From positions 10,270 through 74,269 of IMG/VR virus record IMGVR_UViG_3300047447_000196: a stretch of DNA of 64,000 nucleotides. The stretch is one strand, 5' to 3'. Of this stretch, positions 43,043-51,942 are shown piece after piece. A program made the translations under genes and the position numbers. The stretch's first letter is position 1; the number at the start of each line of letters is the position of its first letter. The stretch comes from a virus (lineage: Duplodnaviria > Caudoviricetes). The notes under the pieces are model-generated. The model did no database searches. It worked only from the letters and a program-made list of their open reading frames with translations, and was not told the DNA's origin.

Positions 43043-43272
43043 GCGGGCTGAACCTGCTGTCCGTCTGGACCGTCTACGACCACCCGAAAGACTACCCCGA
43101 CAGCTGGGTAGCGCGCCGGCATGAGGTACGGGCCGGCGGCCAGACAGTCGCCACCATGGACGCCGTGTTCGGCACCAGCCTGGACGACGTGCGCGCCAAG
43201 CTGCCGCCCGACCTGTACTGCCTGCCGCGCCAACCCGATGACGAACCCCACATTGTAGAGAGCTGGATTTGA
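43039..43272 (+). CDS. Conserved small phage protein (77 aa; WTVYDHP.DYP..VARR...LPP.L..LPR.P.D.P.IVESW)
   Basis: Recognisable motif; ATGA overlap. Confidence 0.75.
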   Translation: MSGLNLLSVWTVYDHPKDYPDSWVARRHEVRAGGQTVATMDAVFGTSLDDVRAKLPPDLYCLPRQPDDEPHIVESWI

Positions 43273-43538
43273 AGCCGAACGACCTGCCCATCTGCCCCGG
43301 CTGCGACGAACCGATCGCCGACACCGACCAGCTGGCCCCAAGCTATTCCCAGCCGATGCACTACGAGTGCGGCCTGCGCGCCGTGCTCGGCTCGCTCGGC
43401 CATCAGAGAAAGCGCTGTTCCTGCTATGGCGGGAACGAAGAAGACCCGCCGGGCCTGACGCGCCGGCAGGCCGCGATGGCCGCTACCTTGTACTTCCACC
43501 TGGGCCGCGTGCCCGCCGACCAACCCCTAGACCATTAA
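43269..43538 (+). CDS. Cys/His-rich zinc-binding protein (89 aa)
   Basis: CPGC...HYEC...H..RCSC. Confidence 0.7.
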   Translation: MKPNDLPICPGCDEPIADTDQLAPSYSQPMHYECGLRAVLGSLGHQRKRCSCYGGNEEDPPGLTRRQAAMAATLYFHLGRVPADQPLDH

Positions 43539-43540
43539 AC

Positions 43541-43891
43541 ATGAGCCGCATCACACCCCACCAGGCCGCGCTGGCCGACGTACTGCCTTTGATTGAATCG
43601 CTTGAACTTCCCTACCTGGAAGCCCTGCAAGGCCTGCTGGCCGAACACGTTGAGAAGCGCCGCTGCGAACGGCTGGCCCATGCGCGCGAGCAGGTCCTGC
43701 GCATCGCCCGCAACATCGGCATGACGCCCGAGCAGCTGATGGACGGCATCCCGCAGCGCGTGTTCCCCAACGCCGGCAAGCCGAAGTATCGCAACCCCGA
43801 GACCGGCAAGACCTGGAGCGGCTACGGCACCGTGCCTATGTGGATCAGGGGCAAGGACCGGACACCGTTCCTGATTGGGGATGAGGAATGA
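43541..43891 (+). CDS. H-NS-family protein 1 (116 aa)
   Basis: KPKYRNPETGKTWSGYGTVPMWI; N-terminal coiled coil. Confidence 0.85.
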   Translation: MSRITPHQAALADVLPLIESLELPYLEALQGLLAEHVEKRRCERLAHAREQVLRIARNIGMTPEQLMDGIPQRVFPNAGKPKYRNPETGKTWSGYGTVPMWIRGKDRTPFLIGDEE

Positions 43892-44379
43892 GCGACTTGC
43901 ACGCCAATTATCAGCAGTATCTGAGCCTGCAGGATCAGATCAAGAAGCTGCAGGAGCAGGCCACGCTGCTGATGATGGAGGGCCGCAACAAGGCGCTCGA
44001 GGACATCAAGGCCCTGGTCTCGGTCTACGAGATCCGCGCCGAGGAACTGGGCTACCCGGCCCCGCCAAGCCCGCCCAAGCGCGAGCGCAGGCCCGAGAAG
44101 AAGCGCGACCGCACGCCGAAGGGCGCGCCGAAGTACCGCGACCCCGCGACTGGCGCCACCTGGACCGGCACCGGCCGCACCCCGAACTGGATCATCGACA
44201 AGAACTGGGACGAGTTCCTGATCGAAAAACCCGCACCGGCGCCGACGCCCCAGTACGCGCCCACGCCGTCGCCGGCGGTGGAGGCCAGTCACGCGGTGCA
44301 TCAGATGGCGTCCAGCGGCCCGGCCCAGCCGGCGGCGGCCTGGCCGGGCGGTGCGCCGGACTTTGGCCGGCATCGGTAA
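43888..44379 (+). CDS. H-NS-family protein 2 (163 aa, Bv3F-like, Pro/Ala-rich tail)
   Basis: Y..L..QI..L..QA...AL..IK.L...Y.I...EL; APKYRDPATGATWTGTGRTPNWI. Confidence 0.9.
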   Translation: MSDLHANYQQYLSLQDQIKKLQEQATLLMMEGRNKALEDIKALVSVYEIRAEELGYPAPPSPPKRERRPEKKRDRTPKGAPKYRDPATGATWTGTGRTPNWIIDKNWDEFLIEKPAPAPTPQYAPTPSPAVEASHAVHQMASSGPAQPAAAWPGGAPDFGRHR

Positions 44380-44406
44380 AGTAAATCCGACACGACAGGA
44401 TGCGAC

Positions 44407-45486
44407 ATGAGTGATACGACTCCGCAGCAGCGCGCGGTTGAGCAGAAGGTCAAGGCCAAGTCGATGGAGGCGGCCTTGAAGGTCTACGCCCCGCAGCAGC
44501 TGCCGTTCTGGCACGACGAGACCCGCGCGATCGCCAACGAGCTGACGCGCTGCGGGCTGATCTCGTGCCGCAGCGGCGGGGTCCCGCGCCGCTACTTCGA
44601 CAACGAGAAGCTGTTCTCGACCGGCAAATCGACGGTCTTCTACAAGGGCGAGGAGCTGCGCGGCAACGACGAGGAGACCTTCTTGACGCTGGTGCACATG
44701 CTGCGCGAGGCAAAGGCCGGCAAGCTGGTCGTCAGGACCACCAGTGCCGAGCTGTGCCGCCTGAACGGCTGGGAATCGCGCCAGGTCTACTACAACGAGA
44801 TCTACAAGTCGGTCCAGCGCCTGTCGGCGGGGTCGCTGACGATCTACTCGCGGCGGATCAGCAAGATGCGGCGCTACCAGAAGGCGCGCGATGCCGGCGT
44901 CAACGAGGCCGAGCTGGCCCGCCTGTGGGACGAGATCCGCCAGGAGGAAGACGACAGGCCGGACGACGAGGACGACGGCCAGCCCGGCAACGACGAAGCC
45001 GAGGGCGAAGGCCTGATCGTCTCGATGGTCGGCAGCCGGATCAAGTTCGAGGGATCGACCGGGCTGGTCAACAAGATCCCGCAGGGGAACCTGACCTGGG
45101 AGATCCCGCTCGAGGAGGAGATGGTGTTCCTGTTCGCCAAGCAATGGCTGACCCTGATGCCGCAGCCGTCACGCCGGAAGCTCAGCACTGGCGGGCGCCG
45201 CCTGCAGGCCTACTACATGGGCCACCGGAAGCCGTATGCCGTGCTGGTGAGCACGCTCGCGGGCGTGCTGCAGCTGGACGACAGCAAGGGCAGGATCAAG
45301 GAGAACAAGCGCATCGTCAAGAAGCGCCTGCAGGAGCTGGTCGACGCCAGGGTGCTCGACTCGTTCGAGCTGGACGAAGGCCTGGGCGACGTCCGCGTGC
45401 ACGTCAAGCGCGGCGCCATGATCGACCAGGCGCGGCTGGAGATCGACGCCGCCACCGAAAACGACACACCGGAGCAGGCCGGATGA
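44407..45486 (+). CDS. Plasmid replication initiator, TrfA-like (359 aa)
   Basis: QLPFW.D..RAIANEL.RC.L...R.Y.....V.YKGEELRG.DE..FL.LVH; followed directly by iterons. Confidence 0.8.
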   Translation: MSDTTPQQRAVEQKVKAKSMEAALKVYAPQQLPFWHDETRAIANELTRCGLISCRSGGVPRRYFDNEKLFSTGKSTVFYKGEELRGNDEETFLTLVHMLREAKAGKLVVRTTSAELCRLNGWESRQVYYNEIYKSVQRLSAGSLTIYSRRISKMRRYQKARDAGVNEAELARLWDEIRQEEDDRPDDEDDGQPGNDEAEGEGLIVSMVGSRIKFEGSTGLVNKIPQGNLTWEIPLEEEMVFLFAKQWLTLMPQPSRRKLSTGGRRLQAYYMGHRKPYAVLVSTLAGVLQLDDSKGRIKENKRIVKKRLQELVDARVLDSFELDEGLGDVRVHVKRGAMIDQARLEIDAATENDTPEQAG

Positions 45487-45828
45487 GCCTACTTATCCAC
45501 AGAAAACGACACACCGGCCACCGAAAACGACACACCTGGGCGCGCAAGGCGACCGAAAACGACACACCGGCACCAGAAAACGACCCACCCTTTACCGATA
45601 ACGACACACCGTTTACCGATAACGACACACCGGGGGGTGTGAATAACGGACAAGATATCAACAACTTAGGCAACTTATCCACAAGCGTTAACCTTCTTTT
45701 GAACCTTCTTTTAAACCAAAGAGGGGGTAGCAGTAAAAAAGCGCTGCCAACCAACATGCACGGTGGGTCGTTTCCTTAAAGTTGACTTTACAAATTGTTT
45801 AACTGCGGCTTGACGTAAACGACACACC
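45457..45828 (+). repeat. Iteron array of the plasmid origin (oriV)
   Basis: G(A/T)(A/T)AACGAC(A/C)CACC 14-mers start at 45457, 45502, 45523, 45555, 45576, 45597, 45618 and 45815; mostly 21-bp period. Confidence 0.9.
45493..45712 (+). promoter_or_regulatory. DnaA boxes and AT-rich unwinding element of oriV
   Basis: Perfect TTATCCACA at 45493-45501 and 45675-45683, flanking most iterons; AACCTTCTTTT x2 (45690-45712). Confidence 0.85.
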
Positions 45829-46067
45829 TTCGTGAAATTCCACCCCGTCTGTAGGAACGAACCTACAAAAAATCACAGATTCTCACACAAGAAATTTTAC
45901 AGACCAAAAGCAAGGCGTTGATTGGACAGAAAATTCCTTGTAACCGGCATGTTGTAGCAAGTAACCACCTGGCAACAACATACTTACAGGCCGACTTAAA
46001 AAAAACAAACAAATAGATTGGAAAGCTGTAAGGATTTCGTTAGGATAAGATTCCAAACAGCAAACTT

Positions 46068-48314
46068 GTGACGGCCATGACCAAACGATTCTGGAGCGAA
46101 CGTGAGCTGGACGACCTGGCCCGCGCCTTGCTGGTGCAGTACCCAAGCCGGGGGCTTGCGAAGGCGCGACAGCCCTACGACATCACGCTGACGGACATTG
46201 AATTCACGCCGGTGATGCAAAGCTGCCTCCCCCCTGACCGGCATGGCCTGCGCCCGAAGCTCCCGCGCCTGAAACGCGACCTGGCCAAGGCGTTCGTCCG
46301 CATCGCCAAGCGCGACAGTGTCGAGAGCGAGTCAGCAGAGCAGGAAAAGCAGGAACAGGAGCAGGGCGCCGCCCGGGTCCGTTGGAGCGATGCCGAGTGG
46401 GAGCAGTTCGCTTTCGCCCTGCATGAGCTGTGCCCCGAGCTGCACCTGGTGAACGCGGTCAACATGTCCGACGTCGCCCTGCACAAGATCAACCAGGCCG
46501 CGGCCACCATGCCCGAAGGCCGGCGCCGCACTTTCAAGCGCCCGGGTGGCGTCACCGAGCGCCTGGCCGCGATCTACAAGGCGGCGCGCATCGGCCACGA
46601 CCCGCGCTACTTCAGCGCCGAGACCGACGCCAGGCCGCGCGATGAAACCGACGAGACACCGGGCGTCGTCACCGAACGCATGCTCAAGACCGGCATCTTC
46701 TGGACCGCCGAGGAGTACCGCGCGATCGCCGCCGAACTGGTGCCGAACTACCCGCGCGCCCTCGTCGATGGCACCCTGCCGGACCTGAACATCACCGATC
46801 TGAACCAGGCCATCAGGCGCGCGCTGCCGGAAGACCGCCAGCGCCGCATGGCCAACCAGGCGCACATCCGCTCGTTCGGCCGGCGCCTGCGCGACACGCT
46901 CGACGGCAAGCCGCTGTGGCGCGCCGAGGACTTCGCCGCCCACGCCCAGCATATCGAACCGGAACAGCCAGCCCCGGCACCGGCGGTCGTGGAGGAGAAG
47001 CCCTGGGCGGCCAAGCTGCGCGAGATCGTGGTGCCGGCGGCCGTGGAGAAGGCGGCGCCAGCCGCGGCCGAGGCGCCACGCGACCACAGGAGCGGGCCGC
47101 GGGTGCTGTGGTCGAGCGCCGAGTGGGACGCCCTGGTGCGCGAACTGTACCGGCTCGACCCGCTGCTCGAGGCGAGCTTCGCGGCCCTGACCCTGGGACA
47201 GCTGAACTCGGCCGCCGAGCGCATGGCGCGGCCGCGCCGCTTCTTCTCGGTCTCGGCCACCCGCAAGTACCTGGACACGGCGCGCGCGCGCGTGGCGGCC
47301 GCCCCGGCGCCGACGCCCACGCCCGCCCCGGCCCCGATCGAAGCCGTGGCCGCCACCACGCAGGCGCAGAAGACCACGAGCGCGGCCGACAAGCTGTTCG
47401 CCCGGATCGAATGGACGCGCGAGGAGTGGCTGCTGCTGGCCGAGGAAATCCACCGCCTGCACAAGATCCAGAACTACCCGTACGGCCAGAGCCTGGTCGG
47501 GCTGGAAACCGAGGACGTCGCGTTCGCCCAGGAACGGGTGCTGCCGCTCGAACGCCAGCGCCGCTTCCTGAAAGCGGTCTCGTTTTCGACGCTGAAACCG
47601 GACCTGCGGCGCGCCTTCGACGACCTGCGCTTCAAGCTCGACGGCCTGGCCACGCCGCCGGCACCGGCGCCGCAACCCGAACCGGAACCGGCGCCCGTCG
47701 CGGTCGAGGTCGCGGCGCCGGTGGTCCCGACCGCAGCGCCGGCAGCGGCCGTGCCGCCGGAAGGCCTGGACCCGTACCGCGCCGCGTTCGCCCCGCTGGT
47801 GGCCCTGCTGGGCGCCGAGGTGGCGAAACACCTGGCCCCGATGATCCAGTCGATGGTCGACCAGGCGCTGGCCGCGCACACGGTCATGGCCGCGCCGGCC
47901 GTGAACGACCCGGTGCCGGACGCGCCGCCGCACCTGGCCGAGCCGGCGGACTACACGCCGCCGCAGCTGGTCGCGCGCCGCCCGTCCACCAGGTCCGCGC
48001 CGGCCGCCCCGCGCAAGCTGGTGGTGGGCGTGATGGTGAACCGTGGCAAGCAGTACCAGGACGAACTGGAGAAAACGTTCCCGATGGTCTCGATCAGGGT
48101 CGGCGACGTCTCGAAGCGCGGCGCCACCGACAGCCTGGTCAACTGCGACCGGGTCTGGTCGATGACGCGCTTCATCGACCATTCCGTTGAGGCCAAGCTG
48201 AAAAAGCTGGTGGGCGATCGCTACGTGGCCTGCAACGGCGGCATGACTGACCTGAAACGCAACATCTCCGTGTGGTTGCGCAGCCAGGGTCTCGAGGTGG
48301 AACTGGCCGCGTGA
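46068..48314 (+). CDS. 748-aa protein with five W(S/T)xxE(W/Y/L) helical repeats and a C-terminal DUF2325-like small alpha/beta domain
   Basis: Repeats begin FWSERE, RWSDAEW, FWTAEEY, LWSSAEW, EWTREEW; C-terminal VWSMTRFIDHSV...CNGGMTDLKR. Confidence 0.8.
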   Translation: MTAMTKRFWSERELDDLARALLVQYPSRGLAKARQPYDITLTDIEFTPVMQSCLPPDRHGLRPKLPRLKRDLAKAFVRIAKRDSVESESAEQEKQEQEQGAARVRWSDAEWEQFAFALHELCPELHLVNAVNMSDVALHKINQAAATMPEGRRRTFKRPGGVTERLAAIYKAARIGHDPRYFSAETDARPRDETDETPGVVTERMLKTGIFWTAEEYRAIAAELVPNYPRALVDGTLPDLNITDLNQAIRRALPEDRQRRMANQAHIRSFGRRLRDTLDGKPLWRAEDFAAHAQHIEPEQPAPAPAVVEEKPWAAKLREIVVPAAVEKAAPAAAEAPRDHRSGPRVLWSSAEWDALVRELYRLDPLLEASFAALTLGQLNSAAERMARPRRFFSVSATRKYLDTARARVAAAPAPTPTPAPAPIEAVAATTQAQKTTSAADKLFARIEWTREEWLLLAEEIHRLHKIQNYPYGQSLVGLETEDVAFAQERVLPLERQRRFLKAVSFSTLKPDLRRAFDDLRFKLDGLATPPAPAPQPEPEPAPVAVEVAAPVVPTAAPAAAVPPEGLDPYRAAFAPLVALLGAEVAKHLAPMIQSMVDQALAAHTVMAAPAVNDPVPDAPPHLAEPADYTPPQLVARRPSTRSAPAAPRKLVVGVMVNRGKQYQDELEKTFPMVSIRVGDVSKRGATDSLVNCDRVWSMTRFIDHSVEAKLKKLVGDRYVACNGGMTDLKRNISVWLRSQGLEVELAA

Positions 48315-48377
48315 TCCATTTGTGCCCCTGGCCGCGCGCCAGTTTGCTATGCTGTGCGCCGACCTTTGGAGAGCAAG

Positions 48378-49004
48378 ATGGCAGACCTGGCAAAAATCCG
48401 CGCGCGGGAGAACGATCCGGCGATGTTCGAGCACGCCGAACGCATGGCGATGCAGCTGAACCAGCGCATCGACAGCGCCGGCATGAGGGCGCTCGGCCTG
48501 CAGGCCAAGGCGGCGAAAAGCCCCAAGGCGAAGGTGATCCTCTTGCGGCAGATGGCCGACAAGCTGGGCGAGGCCGCGCAGGGCCTGGTGCCGTGCAGGA
48601 AGGGCTGCAACCACTGCTGCCACATGGCGACCATGATCCACCTCGGGGAGGCCGAGGCGATCGCCAAGGCCACCGGCACGAAGATGACGATGCCGAAGGC
48701 GTTCAACGTCGACCTGGCCAACGTCGAGAAGCTGCGCAACCGCTACGACGGCGTGCCGTGCCGGTTCCTGGTGGCCGGCAGCTGCTCGATCTACGCCGAG
48801 CGCCCGCTGGCCTGCCGCCTGCACATCGTGGTCGACCGCGACAACACCCTGTGCGAGATCGTGCCGGGCGAGAAGATCCGCGTGCCGATGGTCGACACGA
48901 TCAAGTACGACTGGGCGATCTCCGATGCCTGGGGCGGCCCGCTCGAAATGCGCTACGCCGACATCCGCGAGTTCTTCCCGCCCAAACCCAACAAGAGTAA
49001 ATGA
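48378..49004 (+). CDS. YkgJ-family cysteine-cluster (CxxxCxxCC) protein (208 aa)
   Basis: PCRKGCNHCCH...PCRFL..G.CSIYAERPLACR. Confidence 0.9.
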   Translation: MADLAKIRARENDPAMFEHAERMAMQLNQRIDSAGMRALGLQAKAAKSPKAKVILLRQMADKLGEAAQGLVPCRKGCNHCCHMATMIHLGEAEAIAKATGTKMTMPKAFNVDLANVEKLRNRYDGVPCRFLVAGSCSIYAERPLACRLHIVVDRDNTLCEIVPGEKIRVPMVDTIKYDWAISDAWGGPLEMRYADIREFFPPKPNKSK

Positions 49005-49222
49005 TGCTGCACACAGAACATAATCCGGGGAAATACGACACCCTGTGCACCGAGGTGCGCGCGAAGGCCGAGGCGGTCGCCGCCGTGGTCATCATCCTGA
49101 GCGGCAACAAGGGCCATGGGTTTTCCGTCCAGGCGCCGCCCGAGGCGCTGTTCATGCTGCCCGGGATGCTGGAAACCATGGCCGCCGAGATCCGGCGCGA
49201 CCTGAAAGCGAAAACCTCGTGA
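49001..49222 (+). CDS. Hypothetical protein (73 aa)
   Basis: ATGA overlap. Confidence 0.65.
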   Translation: MMLHTEHNPGKYDTLCTEVRAKAEAVAAVVIILSGNKGHGFSVQAPPEALFMLPGMLETMAAEIRRDLKAKTS

Positions 49223-49596
49223 GCGACGGCTACAAGGTGCGGCGCGAGCACGACTGTATCGTGATCGAGGGCTGGATTCCCGTCACCGACCTGGTCGCGC
49301 TGACCCGCGAGTGGGACAAGACCCGCGGCGACGGCGAGGCGGCCTGGATCGTCGACAGCCTGCTGGCCTCGCACCTGCAGGTCAACATGGTGCTGGGCAC
49401 GCCCCAGGCCTGCCTCGCGTGGCGCCAGCAGCTGGGGATCGCGGTGCCGGACAGCGCCGCGCGGCCGCGCTACCGGCTGGTCGACCAGCCGTACCCCGGG
49501 ATCGTCTGCGGCAAGTGCGGAATGACCTCGTACAACCGCAACGACATCACGCACCGCTACTGCGGCAACTGCAACATCTATCTGGACAACACATGA
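49219..49596 (+). CDS. Hypothetical protein with C-terminal zinc ribbon (125 aa; CGKCG.TSYN.ND..HRYCGNC)
   Basis: GTGA overlap; two CxxC pairs. Confidence 0.7.
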   Translation: MSDGYKVRREHDCIVIEGWIPVTDLVALTREWDKTRGDGEAAWIVDSLLASHLQVNMVLGTPQACLAWRQQLGIAVPDSAARPRYRLVDQPYPGIVCGKCGMTSYNRNDITHRYCGNCNIYLDNT

Positions 49597-49865
49597 ACAT
49601 GCGAGACAAGAAGCGCGCCCTGATCGCGCGCCCGCTGGCGGCCTGGATGCCGCCGTCCGAGGCCGAGCTGGAACTGCTGGCGGCCCTGACCCAGGTGCGC
49701 CACGCGCGCGTGGCCTTGCTGCGCAAGCCCGGCATGCTGGACCAGCTCAAGGGACAGATCAAGCTGATGAACAAGGGCGCGGCCAAGTCGATGCGCAAGA
49801 TGCTGGCCGAGGACCTGAAACTGATGCTGCTGCTGGACCGCCAGGAGAGGAGGCGCAGGACATGA
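49593..49865 (+). CDS. Basic hypothetical protein (90 aa)
   Basis: ATGA overlap. Confidence 0.6.
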   Translation: MNMRDKKRALIARPLAAWMPPSEAELELLAALTQVRHARVALLRKPGMLDQLKGQIKLMNKGAAKSMRKMLAEDLKLMLLLDRQERRRRT

Positions 49866-50053
49866 ATGTCGGGAAGTACCCGTCCGAGGTGCGGGCCGCG
49901 ATTGTGAGCCGACATCGGCGCGGCGGCCTGACGCATGTGCAACTGGCCGCGCTGTTCGGCGTCAGCCGGGCCACCGTGGGCAAGATCGTGCGGGAAGCGC
50001 GGGCGCGGACAATCCCCGTCCGGCTTGACCAACAGGAAGGGAGACACGCATGA
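49862..50053 (+). CDS. Small HTH protein (63 aa)
   Basis: LTHVQLAALFGVSRATVGKIVR. Confidence 0.75.
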   Translation: MNVGKYPSEVRAAIVSRHRRGGLTHVQLAALFGVSRATVGKIVREARARTIPVRLDQQEGRHA

Positions 50054-50448
50054 GTGAGGAATCCGTGCTCGAGGTGTGGGACTATGGCGGCGGCACGTTC
50101 GGTGGCCGCCTGGTGCGCCAGGGCGTCGAGCCGCGCCGCTACGAGGGCTGCGTGAGCGCCGAGAACGTGCGCCAGCTGGCGGTCGCCCTCGGCGAGAAGG
50201 TCGACCAGGTGGTGATGCTCGACGCGCCGGTGCCCTGGCCATTTCTTGCCGCCGCGTCAGGCCCGGCCGCCGGCGCGCCCGACCTGGAAAGGCAGCTGCT
50301 GGAGTGCATCCTGCGGCTGAACACCGGCCAGCGCAAGCGGCTGCTCGGCCTGCTGGCGACCCGCCCGCTGGAACAGCGCGTGCAGTTCGCCGAGCACTGC
50401 AACGACCTGGCGGCGGGCGCGGCCCGCACGCTGCTGGGGCGGCGCTGA
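50050..50448 (+). CDS. Hypothetical protein (132 aa)
   Basis: ATGA overlap, AAGGGAG RBS. Confidence 0.65.
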   Translation: MSEESVLEVWDYGGGTFGGRLVRQGVEPRRYEGCVSAENVRQLAVALGEKVDQVVMLDAPVPWPFLAAASGPAAGAPDLERQLLECILRLNTGQRKRLLGLLATRPLEQRVQFAEHCNDLAAGAARTLLGRR

Positions 50449-50543
50449 TGCCACCAATCCATAACTATTGCCCGCGCGCATAATTAGCATTATGTCAAAT
50501 ACATTCCCAACAAATCTATTTCCAGACACCATCGAGGTGTCCC

Positions 50544-50951
50544 TTGACTGACCGCGAAAAAATCAAATCACAATCGACGTTGTATGAACTTGGCGGCGTG
50601 CCGGCCGACAAGACAGCCCTGCTCGTCGTTCTCAAAGGCGAGCACTACACGCCGAATAAGCGATCTACCCAAGTGCTGTTTGACGTGCGTCCGCCCATGA
50701 TCGAGCTGCGGCGGCGCGGCCCACAGCAGACCGAGGACATGACCGGCCGCAAGCTGGGACGCCTGGAAGTTGTCGGCTACTGGGGTAGCACCGGCGTCGG
50801 AGCTGCCGGTCAAAAATGGGTATGCCGTTGCCGTTGCGGGATGTACGTGATTCGGGCTGCCAAGACGATACGTTTGGCGCGCGACCCTGACGACAAATGC
50901 GAGCACTGCCGCCACCTTGAATACATCAAGAAGCAAGGACGCAAGGTATGA
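50544..50951 (+). CDS. Protein carrying the DxTGxxxGRLxV...WxCxCxCG zinc module usually found N-terminal to HNH/AP2 endonucleases (135 aa)
   Basis: DMTGRKLGRLEVVG...KWVCRCRCG...CEHC; no HNH core follows. Confidence 0.65.
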   Translation: MTDREKIKSQSTLYELGGVPADKTALLVVLKGEHYTPNKRSTQVLFDVRPPMIELRRRGPQQTEDMTGRKLGRLEVVGYWGSTGVGAAGQKWVCRCRCGMYVIRAAKTIRLARDPDDKCEHCRHLEYIKKQGRKV

Positions 50952-51277
50952 CGACCCACCTCAACGGGCCGGAACATCCGGCGCAGATCCTCGTGGCCGC
51001 CCGGCTCGGTCACGCCGCATGGGACCAGATCCGGCCCGGCCGGCTCGCCAGCGCGGCCGAACGCGAACAGTTCACGGCCTGGCGCAAGCGACAGGTCGGC
51101 CGCGTCACCGGCTGGCAGGTCTTCCAGGGCTGGCTGCGCGAGCACATGGTCTCGATCGACCCCGGCGAGACGCGCGGCTCGTTCGATGCCTGGCTGCTGG
51201 AGGCGCGCTACCACGAATGGGATCTGCTCGATGCCTGGATGGCCGCGAAGCAGTTCGCCGCCTGGGCCGGCTGGTAA
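50948..51277 (+). CDS. Trp-rich hypothetical protein (109 aa)
   Basis: ATGA overlap. Confidence 0.65.
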   Translation: MTTHLNGPEHPAQILVAARLGHAAWDQIRPGRLASAAEREQFTAWRKRQVGRVTGWQVFQGWLREHMVSIDPGETRGSFDAWLLEARYHEWDLLDAWMAAKQFAAWAGW

Positions 51278-51664
51278 ATGCGCGTGCTCGTCACCGGCGG
51301 GCGCAAGTACGCCAACCGGGCGCGGGTCTACTCGGCCCTCGACGCGGTGCACGCCAAGCACGGCATCACCCTCCTGATCGAAGGCGGCGCGACCGGCGCC
51401 GACCGCCTGGCGCGCCACTGGGCGCAGCTGCGCGGCGTCCCCTTCCAGACCTGTGACGCCGACTGGGACCGCTACGGCAACGTGGCCGGCCTGCTGCGCA
51501 ACAGCCAGATGCTGGCCGACTGGAAGCCGGAGGCGGTCGTCGCCTTCAAGGGCAACAACGGCACCGCCGACATGGTGGCCAAGGCGGAAGCGGCGAAGGT
51601 GCCGGTGTGGCGCGTGCCCGAGTTCGCATCATCGCCGATACCCCCAAAAATACCCCCAAAATGA
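51278..51664 (+). CDS. DUF2493 / YspA-related SLOG-family protein
   Basis: MRVLVTGGR, IEGGATGAD..A..WA, ADWDRYG..AG..RN.QML, VAF.G..GTADM. Confidence 0.9.
   Translation: MRVLVTGGRKYANRARVYSALDAVHAKHGITLLIEGGATGADRLARHWAQLRGVPFQTCDADWDRYGNVAGLLRNSQMLADWKPEAVVAFKGNNGTADMVAKAEAAKVPVWRVPEFASSPIPPKIPPK
51638..51661. repeat. 12-bp tandem repeat ATACCCCCAAAA x2
   Basis: Seen directly at the end of the SLOG gene. Confidence 0.85.
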
Positions 51665-51759
51665 AAAATGCAACTAACCAATATGTAACGCTGCTGGCCT
51701 ACCGGGTGCCGCTGTCCTGCCGGATGCGCTATACTGGCTGCATTCCATAGGAGCAAATC

Positions 51760-51939
51760 GTGAACGCCCTGATCCTCAAGGCAAACAAGTACGGCGTGGT
51801 CATCAAGACCCGCAGGCCGAAGCAGAAGCCGGTCCAGATGGACCTGTCCGGCGAACAAGGCTCGCGCGTGGTCCTGAACAGCGCCAAGCGCGTGATGACG
51901 ACCCACGCGAAGGTCATCAAGGCCCTGGCCAACCGCTGA
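51760..51939 (+). CDS. Probable antitoxin partner of Doc (59 aa, GTG start)
   Basis: AGGAG RBS; VNALILKANKYG...SAKRVMTTHAKVIKALANR, 3 nt upstream of doc. Not in the ORF track. Confidence 0.7.
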   Translation: MNALILKANKYGVVIKTRRPKQKPVQMDLSGEQGSRVVLNSAKRVMTTHAKVIKALANR

Positions 51940-51942
51940 TCC

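Noticed and set aside
45457-45631. Direct-repeat array as a CRISPR
   Set aside because: Repeats are 14 bp with mostly 7-bp gaps, no cas genes are present, and the array sits behind a rep gene with DnaA boxes, so these are iterons.
46332-48824. 830-aa minus-strand ORF, and similar long ORFs at 15423, 29256 and 43822
   Set aside because: They overlap well-supported genes on the opposite strand; no motifs or RBS.
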